This document shows positions 12,934 through 25,558 of a DNA stretch of 61,500 nt, piece after piece. The translations under genes were made by a program, and so were the position numbers. How positions within the stretch are numbered: position 1 is the stretch's first letter; each line of letters starts with the position of its first letter. The notes beneath the pieces were generated by a model. The model searched no databases. It saw only the letters and a list, made by a program, of their open reading frames with translations, and had not been told where the DNA came from. Source of the DNA: Octopus sinensis (Eukaryota); contig NW_021832422.1 in NCBI RefSeq assembly GCF_006345805.1, positions 1 through 61,500 on the forward strand. Reading direction: 5' to 3'.

Positions 12934-12985
12934 TATTAGTATTATTATTATTATTATTATTATATTAATAATAATAATAGTAATG

Positions 12986-13039
<54 letters not shown>

Positions 13040-13085
13040 TAATAATAATAAAATAATAATAATGATGATGATAATAATAATAATA

Positions 13086-13370
13086 GCTCAGATACTAAGA
13101 AATGGCAGAAATTCAAGAGATAGTGCTCATGGGAACTGCTCATATCCTACGCAAAATAATTTCTATGTAATCTCAAGTTTTAAAACAAACATAATTTTCT
13201 TATGGTTTCTTAAACATTCTCTAGAATAACACTAAGTATAAAACCAAATATATGACACCCTAGCCATAACATCAACATCAACTTCCAACTTGTTGTCTCT
13301 TGAGGTCTCTGGGTGAGACTTGGAGCCAACTTGTACAAATGTAAAGCAAAAGTCAAACATATAATAATAA
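13086..13370 (+). mobile_element. 3' end of an R4/Dong-clade (restriction-like endonuclease) non-LTR retrotransposon, flanked by (AAT)n
   Basis: 13102-13170 translates MAEIQEIVLMGTAHILRKIISM*, matching the IQKxVLLGTAHILRKxL C-terminus typical of R4/Dong ORFs (recognised from knowledge). A 3' UTR of about 200 bp follows, then (AAT)n. Confidence 0.7.
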
Positions 13371-13381
13371 TAATAATAATG

Positions 13382-13436
<55 letters not shown>

Positions 13437-13438
<2 letters not shown>

Positions 13439-13943
13439 CTTGGTATAAAAGATGGGCTACAGCAAATAATCTTGGTATAAAAGATGGGCTACAGCAAATA
13501 TTCTGCTCAATACCACAGATTTGCTTGTCAGTTGTTTGACCTTAACCAGTTGAGCATGTCCCTTAGTGGCTGACGATATGTGCATCTCTGATCATGAGCA
13601 GAAGTAGTGGGGGAGCATCATAGCCATGTGTTGAGAAGGATTCTTTGGGGTTTGAATAATTCACCTCTGGAAACATGGGTGTTTCGTTCAACTTCCTTAA
13701 ACAACCCTTATTCAGGGACCTTTTGAGCGGGATGGGTTACTCGATCTGAAGAAAATTCTAACTGGGCTCCACCTGCAAGGTCATGTGCTGTTTATCTTGA
13801 TATGAGATCACCATGTCGCGCACATATGGTTGTGATGCATGTGCCTGGTGTACCCTTATCAGACTGGTAGTCATGATGGGTATACTAGTCTTCGTATATT
13901 TTACCCCAGTGTCACTTTGATGGCATGCTCTGCTCGCTCACTC
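13437..13943 (+). mobile_element. Family F non-autonomous retroposon, 5'-truncated
   Basis: Near-identical to the 3' 480 bp of 58996-59547; ends ...CTCACTC(AAT)n. Confidence 0.9.
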
Positions 13944-13978
<35 letters not shown>

Positions 13979-14047
13979 TAACAACAACAACAACAACAAC
14001 AACAAACAAAACAATAATAATAATAATAATATAGTTTAAAATGTTGA

Positions 14048-14362
14048 GATAAGGCCAGAAATTCGGGGTAGGGGGTAAGGCGATTCAATCGACCCCAGTG
14101 TTCAAATGATCCTTATTTTATCGACCCTGAACTGATAAAAAGCAAAAACGACCTCAGCGGAATTTGAATCGAGAACGTAAAGACGGTCGAGATGAAGCTA
14201 AGCATTTTGTCCGGTCGGATAACCGTTCTGCCAGCTCCACGCTGCCTTACGTATAATACATGGTTTCAAATTTCGCCACAAAGGTAGTAATTTTGGGGGA
14301 GGGGATGCGTCGATTGAATTGATGTCGCTCAGCATGCTAATTATTCTGCCACCTCACTGCCT
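14048..14362 (-). mobile_element. Two tandem SINE family A copies (14048-14246; internally deleted 14263-14362)
   Basis: GATTCAATCGACCCCAGTG...TTATTTTATCGACCCTGAA...CGACCTCAGCGGAATTTGAA...TTCTGCCAGCTC. Confidence 0.8.
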
Positions 14363-14829
14363 TAAATAATAATTCTTTCTATTAGAAAAAAACCCAGTCT
14401 GGTTCAAATTGAACACAGGGTGTTTAATATCCTCAGGGTAAAATCTTTAGCTGAGGGGAAATATCTCGTGTTGTGTATCCAATAGAGGAGAATTAAACCG
14501 ATGTATTACATAAAGTGTGTGAAAAAGGAACAAATAGAATAAATATGATTAATTAAAAAATGTTGAAGCGGTCTCCAGAATATCCACGATGACACCTGGT
14601 CTTCAAGAAATACGTTTTAAATATCTGTCATATGACAAAGAGCTATTTTTAAAATAAAGAAAGGTATTGAACTACGCGGCAGTTAATATAGTTAGTCTGA
14701 ATAAGTATTAGATGTCTACGAATTGAATGCTTTAAACTATACTTCTACACAACTGAGGGCTAAACAAAACGATCAGGGGGGATAAACAACAACATCGACA
14801 ACAGAAGTAAAAGTCAATAGGCATGGTCT

Positions 14830-14946
14830 TAATCTTACATCCTTTCGGAGTCAACAAAAGAGATACCAGTTAAATTCTAGGATCGATGTAATCGTCTTCC
14901 CAGCGCCTGACCCCAACCTGTTGGCATCGTGCCAAAATTTAAAACC
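14830..14946 (+). mobile_element. SINE family A, 3' part
   Basis: CATCCTTTCGGAGTCAAC...GATCGATGTAATCG...GTGCCAAAATTTAAAACC. Confidence 0.7.
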
Positions 14947-14975
14947 AATATATATGAATATATGTATATACATAC

Positions 14976-15006
<31 letters not shown>

Positions 15007-15050
15007 CATACATACATAAATACATACATACATACATACATACACAATAC

Positions 15051-15136
15051 ATCCCTTCTTTCCTGAGCGTCCAATAATACTATATTTGTTCCACGTCCTC
15101 GCGTTGTTGTGTTTTTTTGTGTTTTCTTGTTTGGAT

Positions 15137-15140
<4 letters not shown>
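15051..15140 (+). mobile_element. Family D repeat, 3' fragment
   Basis: CTTCTTTCCTGAGCGTCCAATAATACTATATTTGTTCCACGTCCTCGCGTTG...GTTTGGATTAA is near-identical to 53250-53338. Confidence 0.8.
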
Positions 15141-15183
<43 letters not shown>

Positions 15184-15239
15184 ATGTATGTATATATACA
15201 CATCTATATCTACATCTATACCCCCACACACACATATAG

Positions 15240-15560
15240 CATCGAGCAAAATGTCTTACGATATGGAGTTACGATCTCTTACGTCCCGGGTTCAAATTGC
15301 CGTCGTCGTCGAATATGCATTCTATTCATCCAGGGGGAATTATATCCATTCGATTTCTGATAACGATACGCAAACCCCTTTCTCTTTGCCGTTCTTTAAT
15401 ATTTTACCTGCGGCCTTCTTTAGAAATCAATTTATTTAACATTTCAATTTGCATCAGCGTTGGTTTCTGATTTCGACCTTCCGGGACTGATAAAATTAAG
15501 TAGCAGTCAAGTGCTGGGGTCAATGTAATCGATTGTTCTCTTCTGCCACAGTCAAATATC
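15240..15560 (+). mobile_element. Highly degenerate SINE family A fragments
   Basis: TTACGTCCCGGGTTCAAATTGCCG (about 15278-15301) and CCTTCCGGGACTGATAAAATTAAGTAGCAG...TGCTGGGGTCAATGTAATCGA (about 15478-15532). Confidence 0.5.
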
Positions 15561-15879
15561 TGACTTTGGGACTGTGAACCAACTCAATTTACTTAGAAAC
15601 GAGGAATGACAATAAAACGGCGCCGAAAGCCTACAACGAGTGAAGAATTCTATTGGGTTGGCTGGCAATTGGCGTGTGAGAAATAGATTCATAATTCCAT
15701 TAATTCTTCATATTGCTAATTGAAATATTGCTCCATCCATGCTGATTGCTTCTGACTAGAGACGTCATAGACACTTTTCATTCGCACACAACGCTTTCAT
15801 GAATACTATACATACATTACATAAATACATGTATGCACGTGTGCGTGGTTACGTATATATGTATATATATATATACTAT

Positions 15880-15915
<36 letters not shown>

Positions 15916-16013
15916 CGCGTGTGTACCTATGCGTATGTGCATATATGTATAATATATATATATACGTATATATATATATGTATAATATATATATATATAT
16001 ATATAATATATTC

Positions 16014-16048
<35 letters not shown>

Positions 16049-16689
16049 TATACGTATATATGTATCATATATATATATTTATATATATTATATTATAAAA
16101 TGTTCATATATATTATATGTATAACATATATATTTATATATATATTCATGTATATATGAAAGTGTGTGTGTGTGTGTGTGTGTGCTCGCTCGCTCGCGAA
16201 TGTGTGTGTGTGTGTTTGATAGAAACCATACTGCGTTGCTTGCCTTCATAAATATATTAAATGTATTCTACTAAATGATTAATTATCAAATGTTTTCGTT
16301 TCTGAATGTCTGCTTCTCGCGCCCCTCCCTCTTGCACTGCTCCCCACCCTCACTCTCCTCCTCCTCCCTTCTTCTTCTTCTTCTTCTTTCTTCTTCTCCT
16401 CACTCATTGTCATCGCTCTGCGCCTTTGTCTGTCGAAATCATTTCCTCCGTTAATCACAAGTAATATATTATTCTTCTATTTTATATGGGTTACCAATAT
16501 GTAGGAGAACTGCAAATGTAATTCTCCTTTAGTGTCACCGAGCTCGACGGTTTCGATTAGTGATTAAGCACTTATAGATTATACTCAGTCAATCACTGGA
16601 TTCCAGAAAGCCGTTCGGATCTTCGATCTCTTAACAAGGGTCCACTCTTTGCCACACATTTAGAAAACGTACCCTCTCGAAAGAAAGGA

Positions 16690-16790
16690 TTGTCAACCTC
16701 GGGTGGATTTGAACACAGAAGCTGAAAACAGACGAAATGCCGTTAATAAGAATTTTGCTTGGCGTACTAACGATTCTATCAGTTCGCCAT
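16690..16790 (-). mobile_element. SINE family A head
   Basis: GTCAACCTCGGGTGGATTTGAACACAGAA...GACGAAATGCCG...GGCGTACTAACGATTCTATCAGTTCGCC. Confidence 0.7.
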
Positions 16791-17261
16791 CATATTTTGA
16801 ATACATGTATTGATGCAACATGCTTCTAGTATTTATGCCTCAGGCCTGTTGCGACTGTATCTTTGGCTTCAGAATGATCTAAGGGTGTGGCTTCGGGTTA
16901 TTTCGTGTAAAGAATAATAACTAACTTTAAGCAGAGACAAGCACGAATAATTATTCTGAGATGACTCACCAAATGCACTAGTCTCAACCCCCTACACTGG
17001 CTTTGTAATGTATTGTTCCTATTGCATCGATAATATCCTGAGTAAAGCCATATATTATAAATATGAAGTCATTATTCGGTGCCGGAGTAGATCAGAGCAT
17101 CAGCTTTTCCGGCACCCGAATGATTCGATACAAACGTATTTGCTGCGCTTCACCAATTACTTAGAAAGTAATGACACAGAATATATAACGGAAAGCACTT
17201 GCGAATCTGCGATTCTACCGCCCAAAATGGTATTCTATTCTGTTTATGCTATCGCTTTAAG

Positions 17262-17430
17262 GGGTACATGGCTTGGTTAAGGCGCCTGACACATAATCGT
17301 AAGATTGTGGTTTCAAGTGCTGGACTGGGAAATGAGTTGTGTTCGTAAGACAAATTCTTCATTTCGCGTTGTTCCCGTCCACTCAGATGGCAAAAATGAG
17401 TAATCCTGGGACGGACCAGTGTCCCGGGAG
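17262..17430 (+). mobile_element. SINE family C, 5' part
   Basis: GGTACATGGCTTGGTTAAGGCGCCTGACACATAATCGTAAGATTGTGGTTTCAAG...TTCGCGTTGTTCCCGTCCACTCAGATGGCAAAAATGAGT. Confidence 0.6.
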
Positions 17431-17547
17431 GAGGTGAAGCCGGGAAACTTGCCTTATGAATCTATAAGACTCATGAAGGAACTCTGTCCTTTATCTTGAC
17501 GGTAGTCAAGAAGGGAATCACGTAGGCATGTGACTGAAGCAAACACA

Positions 17548-17650
<103 letters not shown>

Positions 17651-17822
17651 GTGTGGTGTGTGTGTATGATAGTAAAAGAGCAATTGAGAGGATGGAATGG
17701 TAACGACTTTAGACCTAGATATTAACCTCCCAAGAACTAATCCTGGGACTAAAATATAACAGAGCAACATCGTCAGCCACTAGCACTGCCGCCGCCGCCA
17801 CTCAACCTTCTCCTCCTCCTCG

Positions 17823-17867
<45 letters not shown>

Positions 17868-18694
17868 TATTACTACTACTGCTACTACTACTACTGGTGT
17901 TACTGCAGCAGTTATAGGGGAAATTTTAGGTTAATGCTTTCATTAAATATTTTTTTGTGATTCTCCCCATCAAGAAACAAACAAAACAAAAAAATGAAAG
18001 CACTGATTGGTTTCCTTGCTTTCATGGTCGCAACTTACAAGCAAATACAGTCAAAATCAAATAACAACATGAAGGACAGCGAATAAAATAAAATAGAAAA
18101 ATAAAATAAAATAAAACACGTAAAAAAAATTCATAAAAAAAACAACAACACACGTAAAAAACCATAAAACGGGAACTACTAAAATGTTTGTCCATAAAAT
18201 ATTTCGGGGTGACCTAAACGACATTAATTGGACAATAAATCAATAAGATAATGAAAGGCCTCTTCTTTTTATTCCGAAATTTTATTATTTTTCTTTTCTT
18301 TATCGTTTTAATATATTTTGTATATATTTTTGGTGGGTGTTCAACTATCACCCACCATTAACTTCATTTAGAAAAACCGAGTAATAGAGTGTTGCATGCA
18401 CAAAACACAACTCCTGTCATTATTTTTAATGATACTCCTGTTCATACTACACATGCTGTGCTTTACACAGAACCCAATTCATCCTGACCAGCAGCTACCT
18501 CCCCCCCTCCCTTCACTGCCGTTTGTTGCTTCTCCGGCAGCAAATTACAATCTAGTATAACCTAGTAGAGTTTCTCTCTTATTATGTTTTCTCAATAATT
18601 CGATTTTATGTAAATTACCGACACCGCATATTGTTCATGGAACGTCACCCGAATCAACGCTCCCTGGCTTATCAAAGAAAGTATTATCATTCTT

Positions 18695-18825
18695 CCCCCT
18701 CTTCTTCTTCTTCTTCTTCTTCTTCTTCTTCTTCTTCTTCTTCTTCTTCTTCTTCTTCTTCTTCTTCTCTTCTTCTTCTTCTTCTTCTTCTTCTTCTCCT
18801 TCTTCCTCGTCCTCCTCTTCTTCTC
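18695..18825. repeat. (CTT)n microsatellite
   Basis: Directly visible; produces the poly-S/R/E ORFs. Confidence 0.97.
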
Positions 18826-18978
18826 CGTAGCGTGCTTAGCAACCATAAGGTTTCGAGTTCAGTCACATTGCGTCGAACCTCGAGCAAATGACTTCTGCTA
18901 TAACCTCGGACCAACCAAAGCATTGTGAGTAGATAGAACCTGAAAGAATCTCGTAGTATATAGACATACATACGTATA

Positions 18979-19026
<48 letters not shown>

Positions 19027-19325
19027 TATATATTATATATATATATATATAGATATATACTATATATATGTATGTATGTATGTGTTTTGTGTGTGTCTCT
19101 GTGTGTGTATTTGTGTGTTTCCTCACCACCACTACCACAACCAAATCACAACGTTGCTTGACAACAGATGCTGGAGTGTTTACGTCCTCGCAACTTAGCA
19201 GTTCAGCAAAAGAGACCGATAGAATATGTACTAGGCTTACAACGAGTAAGTCCTTGGGTCGATTTGCTCGAGTAGAGGATGTGCTCTAGCCTGGCCGCAG
19301 TCAAATGACTGATAAAAGTAAAAGA
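18826..19325 (+). mobile_element. SINE family B with internal (TA)n/(GT)n expansion
   Basis: 5' part GTAGCGTGCTTAGCAACCATAAGGTTTCGAGTTCAGTC...CCAAAGCATTGTGAGT, then about 130 bp of TA/GT repeat, then the 3' part GTGTTTACGTCCTCGCAACTTAGCAGTTCAGCAAAAGAGACCGATAGAATA. Confidence 0.8.
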
Positions 19326-19502
19326 CTTCAAAGATAACTTTTCGTCTTCTCACCCCCCCACCACTACAATAGTCATCACCGTCATCATCATCATCATCAA
19401 CATCGTCATCATCATCATCATCATCATTATCCTCATCATCATCATCATCATCACCATCAACATCATCAACTTAGGATAACGCCATTCTTGTTGGTATCTT
19501 AG

Positions 19503-19710
19503 TACGAGTTGGCAGAATCGTTAGCACGCCGGGCGAAATGCGTAGCCGCATTACGTCTGCCGTTACGTTGTGAGTTCACACTCTGCCGAGGTTGACTTTG
19601 CCTTTCATCCTTTCGGGGTCGATAAATTAAGTACCAGTTACGCACTGTAGTCTATGTAATTCCTTTGTCTGTCCCCTCTATGTTTAGCCCCTTGTGGGCA
19701 ATAAAGAAAT
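19503..19710 (+). mobile_element. SINE family A (full length)
   Basis: GAGTTGGCAGAATCGTTAGCACGCCGGGCGAAATGCG...GACTTTGCCTTTCATCCTTTCGGGGTCGATAAATTAAGTACCAG...GCCCCTTGTGGGCAATAAAGAAAT. Confidence 0.9.
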
Positions 19711-19842
19711 TTAAGTTTCTTTTCAGTGTTATTCTATCAGCAGCTTTTGTTGTTATTAGCGAAGTTATTGTTACGGTTATTATATGAACTAATAATTCTT
19801 TGTGTGTATACAAGCACAAACATACATACACACACACACACG

Positions 19843-19902
<60 letters not shown>

Positions 19903-20690
19903 TATCTTAGTGTTTCCGGAGTATAATATATTTTATGAAGATTTTTCCAATATATTTTCTAGTTTATTCCATCACAGAAAAGTACAATCCCATATGTACT
20001 TACGCTTGTATTTGTATATCTGTTACTATCTAAGTGTGGACATATACACAAAGAGAAATATATATGCCTATGTGTGTGTGTGTATTTGTGTTTGTATGCA
20101 TGTGTCAGTGTGCCTGTATGTGTGTGTTTGTGTAAGTATGTGTAAATGTGACTCTGATTTGAAATTCTATATTACTACTCGTTATCCCATTTCTTTGAAA
20201 AATTTGATAGTATTTCGATAATTACACACGCCTACAAAATTTCTTTATATACATATATATATATATACGTGTGTGTGTGTGTGTGTGTATGTGTGTGTGT
20301 GTGTGTGTGTGTGTATAAATACATATTGAAAGAGATAGATATAGACACGCATAACTACGTGAGAGAGAGTGTGTGTGAGAGATAATTATATAGATAGATA
20401 GATAGATAGATAGCTAGATAGATAAGTTTCTTTATTGGCCACAGATGGGACAAGTTACAAGGAAGAGCTTTTCTTTTGGGGGATGAAAAAAACAAAAAAA
20501 CAAAAGAAACAAAAAGGGTTTTCGATCAAGAGGGATCGTAAAAGGGAAGAAAAGAAAAGAAAAAAATAAAATGAAATGAAATAAAAATTAAAAAAATAAA
20601 AATAAAAAAGAGAAAAGAGAAAAGGAACAAAAGAAAAGAGAAATGAACAAAGAAGAAAAAAGGGGAAAAAAAGGGAAGAGGAAAAAAAAC

Positions 20691-20727
<37 letters not shown>

Positions 20728-21002
20728 GTATAAATACAAAGGGTGCGTTGAATAAATTATCATCTTAATTACGCAAAAATGAAATCATCGACTGCTCATT
20801 TTAACAAATATATGAACCAAAATTGCATAAAACTATCTTGAAATACTAAAGGATAATTTTATTCAGTAAAATTTCCATTTGCCTCAACCACGAACTCCCG
20901 TTGGCATTGGAATCACCTGCAACTCTTTTGGGCGGTCTCCGTATGTACGTTGGTGAATGCTACCCTAATTCTAGCCTTCAGGTCATCTTTCCTGTATATA
21001 TA

Positions 21003-21053
<51 letters not shown>

Positions 21054-21643
21054 TTATATATATATATAAAGATATATATATATATATAAAGATATACATA
21101 CATATATATATATATGTATATGCGTATATATGCATGTATATATGAATATATGTGCGTACATAGATACATATATACATACATAAATATATGTATATATAGT
21201 CATATATATATACATATGTATATATATATATGCATACGTATACAAACATATATATGTGTGTGTGTGTGTATGTGTATGTATACATATATATGCATATATA
21301 TCTACATATATATATATTTTATATATTTATATATATAAATATACATCTATGCATATATGTATATATATATGCATTTATATACACATATATATGCATATAT
21401 ATTCTTATATATGTATATATATATATATACATATAAATATATATATGTATACATACTTGTATATGTATGTATATATATACATATATATAAACACACGTAC
21501 AGACACACACATAAATACAAACATACATACATATATGCATATATATATATACATATATATAAACACACATACATACAAGCATACATACATATATGCATAT
21601 ATACATACATACATACATACATACATACATACATGCATACATG

Positions 21644-21674
<31 letters not shown>

Positions 21675-22544
21675 GTATGTATGTATTTTATGTATGTTAA
21701 CTGAAGGAAACTGTGTGTCATTATAAATACTCTTCCTGTGTGAATCTTCACGTCTCATGCTTTGGTGTTAATTCGTTTTCTTCTTATATTTATTATCTCC
21801 CTTTATGTTATCTTTCTTTACTTCTTTATTAAAGACATTTTTTGCTACTTTTGTGCTATTTTCACGTAGCTTTTTTTCTTTTACCTTTTATTTATTTATT
21901 TTGTAATTAGTTTTCTCGTGTGTGTCGTATCTAATCTCACAGCTTTCATGCTTGCTGGAGGTGATTAATTAACTTTTGCCTAGAAAATTATGATAATAAG
22001 TTAACTGAAATTCTAATATGCCATTTGCTAATTTTTTCCCCCCATTCTCTTTTAACGTGACCGCAGAGGTCAACAGTATCATCACCTGTAGCAGCAGCAG
22101 AATTATCAAGGCAAGTATCATCATTATCATCATCAACATTATCATTATCACCATTATTGTCGTCGTCGTCAACATCGCTGGCACCGTCGCCATTTTCATC
22201 ATTATCGTCCCCATAATCATTAGAATTATCGCTATAATCATCATCATCATCAACCTCATCACCATCATCATCACCATCATCATCATCGTCATTATTATCA
22301 TCGTCGTCGTCGACGTCATCATCATCATCTTCATCATCAATTCCCTTATAACAAGAATTATTGTTATTGTTATTGCTCTGATATGACTTAATACTTTAAA
22401 AATTTTTATCACGAATTACTTACTTTTTGGAGACCCCCCCCACATACACACACGTACACATATATAAGTACATACATATACACATACATATGTATATATA
22501 TATTATATGTATGTATATATATATACATATATATATATATATAC

Positions 22545-22596
<52 letters not shown>

Positions 22597-23615
22597 ATAT
22601 ATATATATATATATTCATATATATACATATATATATAAACCTGTTTGTAACTTACTATTATTCGTTTTTCATATATTATTGTTATTTATCTTTTTAATCT
22701 TTTTTTTTCATTTTTCAATCATTAGAATTTGTTTTTATTTTCCTTTATATATATATTTCTTCTTAAATATTGATTTCTAGTTCTCTTTCCTTTGGTTCAT
22801 TCTCTATTTCCCCATTTCCTTCGTTCGAACCCTCTTTGTTTTTATGTTAGTTTCCATGATTTCATGACGCCATTTCTGGTGTGTATATGCGCGTGTGTTC
22901 CTGTGTACGTGTCTCTTTGTGTGAATTTGTAGTTTATAAATAATTTTCAGTTACGTTCACACATGTACACTCTACCAACCTTAATTTGCTTTGAGCGTTA
23001 CCTTCACCGCTTTTATTCATCTGGATCTGTCTTGTATAACGATGCCTTATTTACAGCGTGTCGCTCATCGTATCGTAGATTAGACATCAACTATCCTACG
23101 TAGTGAATCAATTCTTCCTTTATATCCCAGACCTGTCTGTTGCTTAACATTTTAGAAATTGCTGTGTTTAAACAAACTAATATTCAGGGATACGAACTGA
23201 TCATGACTGCAGACCTAGTTAAAACTGGAAACCTTATTCAGAACTTTCTTTTTCATAAACGCTGTAAATCTCCTTCAAGGAACAGAGGATAAACTATCCA
23301 GCTTCAGACGTTTTCACACTCTGGTTGCTTTAGTTGTCAAGGAGTGACCCTAAGGATATGCAAGGTGTGTCATGTGCTGGAATATCATGTTATTAACGAT
23401 TTAACCACAGTTCAGGGCCCTACGGGATATGACAGTGGCCTCAGCTCAGAAACCTTTCGATATTCACTAACTGTAAATGCAAGGTGGTCTATAATGCATG
23501 GTCTATTAGGCAATCGTTCCATCTGAAATTTCAGCGAGATATTTTATTTATGTAAGTATATTCAGATGAGATTGCATCTTCTGTAATTCAGATTTTGTTA
23601 TTTTATATATATATA

Positions 23616-23903
23616 TCACGTAATCACGTGACCGACCAGACCATCAGATGTTGTTACACATCACTGGTCACAATGCACTTCGCATTGTTTTAGCCTTCGA
23701 ATGACGCCACCCCGCTGGCTAAGCGAGCAGGCCAACAGAAGAAAGAGTGAGAGAAAGAGTGGTGGAAGAGTACAGCAGGGATCACCCCCCCTGCCGGAGC
23801 CTCGTGGAGCTCAATAAACACTCACAACGCCCGGTCTGGGAATCGAAACCGCGATCCTACGACCGCGAGTCCGCTGCCCTAACCAGTGGGCCATTGCGCC
23901 TCC
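23616..23903 (-). mobile_element. tRNA-derived SINE, family G (full length)
   Basis: Minus-strand head GGAGGCGCAATGGCCCACTGGTTAGGGCAGCGGACTCGCGGTCGTAGGATCGCGGTTTCGATTCCC with A/B-box-like motifs; highly similar to 60989-61272. Confidence 0.9.
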
Positions 23904-23932
23904 ACACACACACATACACACATACACACATA

Positions 23933-23979
<47 letters not shown>

Positions 23980-24379
23980 TCTCTATACAATCGATATGAG
24001 TATGCATTAACAAGAACGTATATTTGAGTGCAACAGAAATTATTACCACTAAATTCAAAAGCAGTAGAGTATCTACATAATGATAGAGAGGACGAAAGTA
24101 CCGCGTGTTTATAAATGAGTTTCTTATTAATAATTTTAACTATTGGATCTGAACAATGGATAGTTCATGAAGTAATTTCACTCTATTTTCATTAAAAACT
24201 TAGTGACATTTGTGACCAATAGGTAATATGAACATGATTAATTTAGAAAATGTTTGAAGATGTGGAAACAGAAGTTTAAACAATATCGTATAATAAACCA
24301 TCAACTATTTCTTTCTATATCTATTGTTGATGAATATCATTTCAATTAGAAATTGAAATAAGTTCTTCTTATGAAACGA

Positions 24380-24685
24380 TAGTTTGGGGGTGGGGCTTTC
24401 AGTGTTCCCGGCGTGTTCAGCATGTCCGGCGTGCTAACGAGTCTGCCACCTCGCACTCTTACGCATGAGAAAGATTGATTTCAAATATTGGCACAAAGCC
24501 AGCAGGTTCCCAGGAGGTAAGTCTAATCCACCGCGTTAAGGATTCAAATAATACATATTTCATTGAGTTGTAAGCATGAAAAGCCAAGTGGACCTCGGTG
24601 GTATTTGAACTCTCAACGTAATGACGGACGAAATGTCTTCAGCACGTCGTCCGGCATGCTAACGATTCTGCCAGCTCGCCGCCTT
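24380..24685 (-). mobile_element. Two tandem SINE family A copies (head only 24380-24455; 24478-24685)
   Basis: CCGGCGTGCTAACGAGTCTGCCACCTCGC and TTTCAAATATTGGCACAAAGCCAGCA...TCCGGCATGCTAACGATTCTGCCAGCTCGCCGCC. Confidence 0.8.
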
Positions 24686-25245
24686 ATACATGAAGAATAT
24701 TAAATTCTTTTACGTAGATACTCTGGGAACTCAATGGTAATATATTTCGTACACTTTCTAACCCCACCAGTAATGATTATTTTCCAAACAGATAAATGAT
24801 AAATTATAAAATAAAGAACATCAATTGATGCACAATAAAATAAACAGCTAATATGTGCTTGGTAATAATTAATAAAATTAATTGATTAAAATAGCATATT
24901 AGGCACATATATCGGAAGTGCAAAGCTATCAAGTGAAAATAAGCGATACTATTTGCATTCAGTTCTCAACGGACATCATTTTCTTTTATGCAAAACGTTT
25001 ACTGGGAGTCAACATGCAAATTATAGCGAATAAATATGTTAATTTCTGGTATACTAAGTACCCCTACTGTTTATAAGTCAATACTTCCGTTTCCTGCCTC
25101 TTCAGTTTACAGTACGCTTTAATGACTTTTAAGTTGTTTTATAGATTTTATACTGAATTTAAAGCCAACACTGAAAGTTACGTTACGTATACGAATACGT
25201 CTATGTAAACAATGCGATAGCATATTGAAAGAATATCTAATGGGG

Positions 25246-25288
25246 GTATATACATATTTCAGGCGTCATTGCTCCCTCTTCAGTAACA
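25246..25288 (-). ncRNA. Degenerate type-I hammerhead-like motif in a 110-bp repeat (second copy 26093-26213)
   Basis: Minus strand GUUA-CUGAAGA-GGGAGCAAUGACGCCU-GAAA-UAUG-UA-UAUAC; stems I and II are imperfect. Confidence 0.35.
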
Positions 25289-25558
25289 TATGCATCCCAT
25301 TAAACATCTAGGAACATATTGCTTAAATAGCAATATGTGTAACACTATTTGATATCCCGATTTAAATATTAAACACATTCCTTGCAAACCATACGTCCAT
25401 ATTAACTGGTAGGAGGGACACCGTATTTCGTTTCCCATCAAAACTACTCTACTGACTATATTGAGGGTTTATATGTCCATACTGTGAGCTCCTTCTTTGT
25501 GTTAACGGTGCTACTTAATCACTTCTATGTTATCTCTGGAAATCTATAGAATGTTGCC

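Noticed and set aside
18125-18235. Cluster of CCATAAAA/TAAT homeodomain-like sites (also 6045)
   Set aside because: Such short A/T-rich motifs are expected by chance at this base composition, and no conservation data are available.
23830-23903. tRNA-like sequences (also 55050-55115, 58736-58796, 58884-58963, 61200-61272)
   Set aside because: They have A/B-box-like motifs but no complete cloverleaf or acceptor stem, and they continue into repeated bodies. These are SINE heads, not tRNA genes.
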